A stretch of 32,825 bases of DNA from Streblomastix strix (Eukaryota), in the NCBI GenBank assembly GCA_008636045.1, contig SNRW01000064.1:1-32825 (forward strand). Reading direction: 5' to 3'. The first letter of the stretch is position 1; each line of letters opens with the position of its first letter. Both the position numbers and the translations under genes were made by a program. Shown piece by piece: positions 27,625 to 32,825 of the stretch. Under the pieces are notes generated by a model. That model saw only the letters and a list, made by a program, of their open reading frames with translations. It was not told the DNA's origin and did no database searches.

Positions 27625-28237
27625 TCATAGAAAATCTTCAGGTAATAATGATATATATAAAAAAAATTGTTGAACTACTAAAATTTCATTAATAATATGC
27701 GTTTATTCTTCATTAGTCGCTTAATCATTCTTGAAGTATTGGTTAAATTTCACTCATTCGTCTATTTCTTCTTCATATTAGTCGATGCGACTCGTTGATA
27801 ACATCTCTTTATCGATAATCCGTTATATCAAGCATATCAAACATTGACAGAATAATGTCTTTATCTCATCATCATTAGTAGTTAGTATAAATGGACGCTG
27901 CTTTAATATATTAAAACGGAACCATTTGCCTAAACCACAAACACGTCAACATTGATGTATAGCAATCATGTGATATATGTCGTAAATTAATAGGATTCTT
28001 GAATGTTGTGCGTTATTGTTTGATATTAGTTTTAAAAGATATTTTGAATGTTCAAAATAATTAGTTGAGATGAAGAGATTAATGATATAAATGAATGATT
28101 GGATAAACGCGTGCAGTTATTGGAGATGAGTGTTACATCACAATGCCTGATTAGTGGTTGACCTAATGATATCAACAATGTTAAATATGAATCAATATGT
28201 CAATCTTGCGATTTGTTGTAGGACAAAATGATGCCAT
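27625..28237 (-). pseudogene. Degraded ORF of unknown function (~200 codons), divergent from the primase-helicase
   Basis: ATG in AAAATGGCA context (MASFCPTTNRKID). After an apparent frameshift it reads ...HSKYLLKLISNNNAQHSRILLIYDIYHMIAIHQC*RVCGLGKWFRFNILKQRPFILTTNDDEIKTLFCQCLICLIQRIIDKEMLSTSRIDQYEEEIDE*VKFNQYFKND..., with several internal TGA. Confidence 0.45.
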
Positions 28238-28254
28238 TTTAATTTTAAACCAAA

Positions 28255-31179
28255 ATGGCAACTTTAAAATCCTCAAGCGTCCAAACAAACCAACAAAATA
28301 TCAAACAAGTGACAATTGAGAAGGGAGCAAAGAGAGCATATAATCGTAAGTTAAAACAGTTGACGAAGCTAAAGCAAAGATGGAATAATAATTCAAAGAA
28401 TAAGAGGAAAAGTAATAAAAAATCAATGGAATCATAAGTGGCATCGTTAGTGAGATGGTGGACGCATCTCTCATTAATGAAACTATTAATGAATAGATAA
28501 TTGAACAAACAACCAAAGAAAAACGTGAGAAAATCCTACATGATTTATGTAATGCTGATGGAGATTAGGAACCAAGAGATGTGAAATAATAATAAGCATA
28601 TAGATTAAAAAAAAATATTCGAAATAAGAAGATTAAGAAAAGAAAGATAAAGCTAATCCAAACAGCTTGGATAATATAATAGAGAGATATGTTATTTAAA
28701 ATAGAGTAGATATATAAACTAAACTATTAATGAAATAGTTAAAGAAGCATGAATTAGTATAGTGAATTATACAAAAATTGATTAAAAAACATATGAAAAG
28801 AAATATGTTACATGTAAATTAATAGATTTAACCTTGGTTGAAGATGGTGATTTATATGTGATTGATTTCGATATTAACAAGAATCTACCTAAAGAGAAGA
28901 TTGATGAGATTCGTTAAAATATAATAGATAATATGCTACCTGCTAATGTTGGGTTAGTTAAAACATGCCATAGTATTACATACTTATTGTAATAAAAATT
29001 GATATCGCTTACCTAATAATCGATGTGTGAAATGTACTATATTGGATAACGTTGAGATTGATATATTTGTATAAACGTACAAGCATAAGTCATTTGATGA
29101 TGATCCAATGTAAATAGATCTTGTGTAAAATCGTATAGTTGGCCCCAAACACTAGCATTCGAGAAACAAAGAATAATATTAGAGAAGCACATAAATATGA
29201 AACTGTTAATGACTGGGCTAACATGACACATTTAGCGAATCTAAGAGATATATTGGAGAAGTGGAATGTTGATATTGAAATACCATATGCGGAATTTGAG
29301 AAATTGAAATTAACAAGAGTATTTGGTTAATAGATTACTAATGATGGAACTATTGATAAAATGGATGACGAACTTGCATAAGCGTGCGTTGATGGATTGA
29401 TGAATTTAACTATTCATAACTATTCTCAACTAATAGTTATGGAAATATCATTATTAAGTGTTTTCAGTGAGATTTATGGAAAGGCTAATGAACAAATAAG
29501 AGCATAAGGATGAGAGAATATTCATAAATTTAATACGTTAACTTCAAACGCTGAGAAGAATTATGGTTCAGCTCTAGGTTAGGGTGAATGTAAACCAAAT
29601 GTATGGATCATAATAAAAATACTTAAATATCATAATAAAGAATACTATGAATAAACAATTAAACCGTTATTGAAGAAGAATTATGAAGCTACGAAACTTG
29701 AAAAATAAATATATATTAATTAAACATTGATTCCTAATAAGATTGATCTATTTGATGATTTCACATTGCTTCACATATAGATGAAAGTATCTAGTGGTGA
29801 ATATAAAAATGAAGAAAAAATCGTGATAGATTTAACAAGAATAGTAGCATATTACGCAGGCGAAACTGAAGATATCAATATAATTAAAGAATTTGATGCG
29901 ATGTGTGGTACATTAGTTATTCATCATAAATTAGAAGGGACAATCTATAAATAATTAGAGAAAGTTAATATAAATTTTAAGAAGAAGAAGTCTGATGAAA
30001 AGAATGATGAAACAAAAGAATCTACACCAGCTAAATAATTAACTGCTAAACATATCTTCAAAAAGTATGCATCGAAATTTGTGATGAAAAGATATAAATT
30101 CATAAGTGATGATCCAGAGATATTCAGTATATTTTAAGGATATAAGTATAAGAAATTAAATACATTTGTTTAGGGTTATTTGTAAATGTACTTAGATTTA
30201 ATTAGAGAAACCATTGCTGCAGGTGACGAACGAAAATATGAGTATATTCTTAATTGGATTGCATGGATGATACAAAATCCCGGAAAAAAGTCAAGAGCTG
30301 CAATCAAATTACAAAATAGATAAGGAATAGATAAAAATAGATTCACTGATGTAATCGCTGAATTAATTAATCGATTCAGTTGTCCTAATATAACAAACAT
30401 TGAAGAGTTCACAGGAGACTTCAATTCAGTAGTTGAAAATAAGATGTTTGCAGTATTGAATGAGATAAGAAATTATAATGATTTTAAGAAAGGTATTGCA
30501 ACGGTAATGAAATCGATTATCTCAGATTAATCTATAATAATTATTGAGAAGAATTAGCCTAGAAGTACAGCTGAGAATGTTATGAATATAATATATGTAT
30601 CTAATGCTGATTCTTCTATAAAATTTGATACTGATGATAGATGTCATTTATTAAGTGCTTGCAAGACAGTTCATTAAGTAACTGAAGAGCATAAAGAAGA
30701 TGCAGAATATTTTAATGAATTAACTTAATGTTATACATAAGAGTTCTATGAGAATTCAATGACGTTCTTTCTTGAAAGAGATATTTCATAGTTTAATCTA
30801 ACGTTAATTCAAATTACTGAAACAAAGAAATAATTGAAAAATGTTAGTCGTTCCCCAATAGACGATGAAATTATCGAACATTATGAGTAGTTCAAATAAG
30901 GAATTCCAATAGCTCTTGTAAATCAATGTAAACAATAAAATTGGAAACAAACTACATATAAGAATGCGATGCAGCATAAATATACTGAATAATAACCAAG
31001 CATTAATGGAAAAAGAACTAGAGTGTATATATTGAATTAAGATTAATAAACATTTTATGATAAGATGATGAATGAAGAAGATTTTTGAAGCATCTAACGC
31101 AAACTACAAGAAATATAAGATAACAATTTAAGAAGATAGATTCGTTGATTAAGTAGCAAAAGATACAAAATAAGAATGA
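28255..31179 (+). pseudogene. Bifunctional primase-polymerase (AEP) fused to a D5-like superfamily 3 helicase, pseudogenised
   Basis: Table-6 translation gives AEP motif I LYVIDFDINK (~28852-28880) and motif II region GLVKTCHS/LHTYC (frameshift ~28975). The helicase region reads YEYILNWIAWMIQNPGKKSRAAIKLQNRQGIDKNRF (Walker A ~30315-30338), FTGDFNSVVENKMFAVLNE (Walker B), MKSIISD, EKNQP, NIIYVSN (motif C), DTDDRCH. Lesions: TGA at 28750, 29000 and 29511; frameshifts near 28325, 28615, 28975, 29145 and 31085. The frame is open from 29514 to 31085. Confidence 0.85.
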
Positions 31180-31291
31180 AATTGAATTTATTTTTGATGA
31201 GAACGTATATGGCAGATTAATGGAACAAAATAATCTGTCCTGCATTAATTTGTATGCTTGCGGAGTGGATGAATGAAGTGATTTATCTAGA

Positions 31292-31873
31292 TGGAAAAAA
31301 TGGAACATTTGGAACAATCTCAGATCCTCCCGTGAAAAAGAGGTGCCATCGTGCCATAATACCATATCATTCAATTTATTTCTTAATTTGAATAATTAGT
31401 GAACAATGACTAAAATAGAGCAACCATAAGAAATAAATTATGGCATGAACCTAAAATTGGTGGAACAAACTTGGTCCATATAGAGATTTGATTTAAAATT
31501 GAATGATTCAATGATTCTTGAAAATCTTTCAATATATTTGTGAAATTGACGGTGGAACAATTTTGAAAGTCATCTTTGAAACAGCTGCGATAATTAGATT
31601 ATTATGGCACACATATATTTGTAATTTAGGTTAAATGTTCATTAACTATTGAAAATTAGATTCAAATTGAAGGATATGGAATTATGGCAGGAAGGCAGAC
31701 GTTTTCGACAAACGTAAGTCAAGATTGTTCCATCTGTTCCAATTGTTCCACTTATATAATTATGTATAATTATATAATATTAACAATGATACTAGCAAAT
31801 GCACTCCAGTTATTAGAATATTTGTGGAATAATTGGAACATTTGGAACAATCTCAAATTGGATATCTGCCATA
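31292..31873. repeat. Three modules of triple 9-bp TGGAACANN repeats (+, -, +) with associated TGCCATA(AT)/ATTATGGCA boxes
   Basis: Module A is 31292-31322 plus TGCCATAAT at 31352-31360. Module B is inverted: ATTATGGCA at 31681-31689 plus AGATTGTTCCATCTGTTCCAATTGTTCCAC at 31722-31751. Module C is 31824-31855 plus TGCCATA at 31867-31873. The 22-mer TGGAACATTTGGAACAATCTCA is identical at 31301 and 31834. Extra ATTATGGCA at 31437 and 31601; extra GGTGGAACAA at 31459 and 31551. Confidence 0.85.
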
Positions 31874-31878
31874 TTAAT

Positions 31879-32136
31879 TCACATTATTACCTTATTCGTT
31901 AATAGAAAAACACTAACTGAGCAAAAATAATATTCATTTATCACTGCTATGTTCTCCAATTCATCTTAATTTTCCTTATTTATCTAATTATCTCGCTTCA
32001 TTAATGTAATATCTTATTTATTTCTTTGTTTATTTTTATGAGATCTTACCATCAGATAAATCCATTATTGTTTCTATCCTTGCATAAGTTTGTATCCTTG
32101 CTCTCTTTATTCCTTTGTTAATTCATTGCGTGACAT
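31879..32136 (-). CDS. Small hypothetical protein (85 aa, table 6), possibly an element remnant
   Basis: Open frame from ATG 32136 (MSRNELTKEQREQGYKLMQG...) to TGA 31879-31881. No recognisable domain. Confidence 0.3.
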
Positions 32137-32229
32137 TTATTACATAAAATTATTTTATAAATTAACTCATACATTATCCTTAGAATTAATTCAAAAATAA
32201 ACATTCAAAATCAATCAAAATCAATTGCT

Positions 32230-32596
32230 TACAGTGTGTTATTACGTTCAATTATTTCATTGATTTGAAGTAGATCTTATATGTTATTTATAACAGTTTT
32301 CTGAAGGTGTCGTATCAAGAGTAATTGTAAATCATTTGTTTAAGCACGGAAGTTTAGCGTTGTATTCTATAGCGTTATTGGGCACGTTAACGTTGTTCTG
32401 CTGCGACACGTTCTGCCTGTTCCTGCGAAGAATACTTTTTAGGTCTATTTCTTAATTCAACTAGTAATTAGTCTACTTATGTTTATGCTAATGATTATGG
32501 GTCATTACTATCAGGAGTCCGATCTATTAACGGGGCATGAACAACTTCATCAATATTACTGGATTATGTCTCAATATATTACGGTACCTGTATCAT
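32230..32596 (-). pseudogene. Small basic putative DNA-binding protein (AT-hook-like motif plus basic helix), frameshifted
   Basis: Reads MIQVPQYIETQSSNIDEVVHAPLIDRTPDSNDPQSLAQTQVDQLLVELRNRPKKYSSQEQAERVAAEQRQRAQQRYRIQRQ. After a frameshift near 32352 it continues FRAQTNDLQLLLIRHLQKTVINNIQDLLQINEIIERNN. Confidence 0.5.
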
Positions 32597-32825
32597 TGAT
32601 TATCTTTTACGGATTTATTTTTTCTTCGTTTTTCTTTTACATTTGCTTTTAACAAAAATAGTCAAACACTAATATTAAATTAACATTTATAATTTAAAGT
32701 TAATGAATTAATTTCTTCAATAACGATTTGCATCACCAAGATAGATGAAATTAATGGTAGAGATTTATAATAAAAAACCATACCTCGCATTCATGAACAA
32801 ATTTAATCCTATGTAAGTGAAGTTT

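Larger units (their letters stand above)
27625..32825. mobile_element. Decayed endogenous virus-like / self-replicating DNA element (PrimPol-SF3 helicase type; Polinton-like-virus or plasmid-like). Boundaries uncertain; probably continues past the right edge.
   Basis: A compact cluster of a primase-helicase pseudogene, a head-to-head partner ORF, an iteron-like repeat region and small basic ORFs, most with frameshifts or TGA stops. No capsid, integrase or pPolB was recognised in the window. Confidence 0.65.

Noticed and set aside
31292..31873. CRISPR array
   Set aside because: The repeats are 9-bp tandem units in mixed orientation with irregular spacing, the context is eukaryotic, and there are no cas genes.
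31018..31902. ORFs 31018-31374 (-) and 31684-31902 (+)
   Set aside because: They are translations of the helicase antisense strand and of the TGGAACA repeats (CSICSNCS, WNNWNIWNN), not credible proteins.
27600..32825. Calling the element a canonical Maverick/Polinton
   Set aside because: No protein-primed PolB, RVE integrase, capsid or long TIRs were recognised in the window, so the class cannot be fixed.

Overview
This is very AT-rich eukaryotic (protist) DNA in which TAA/TAG encode Gln and only TGA stops (translation table 6). The standard-code ORF track therefore shows only fragments. The code and gene style suggest an oxymonad such as Streblomastix, but a hexamitid diplomonad or ciliate cannot be excluded. 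(1) 24274 to <1 on the minus strand is one giant dynein heavy chain-like gene with one ~76-nt intron. It encodes about 8,060 aa inside the window and is still only at the start of the stalk at the left edge. It carries many low-complexity insertions, and the AAA1, AAA3 and AAA4 P-loops look degenerate while the AAA2 P-loop is intact. (2) 25367-26668 (+) encodes a 433-aa type I membrane protein with a probable catalytically dead papain/cathepsin B-like ectodomain, a Cys-rich juxtamembrane segment and a Gln-rich tail. (3) About 27600 to the right edge is a decayed virus-like or self-replicating DNA element. It contains an AEP PrimPol plus D5-like SF3 helicase pseudogene, a divergent partner ORF 17 bp away, an origin-like array of TGGAACA repeats in direct and inverted orientation, and small basic ORF remnants. 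All translations and motif comparisons were done by eye.
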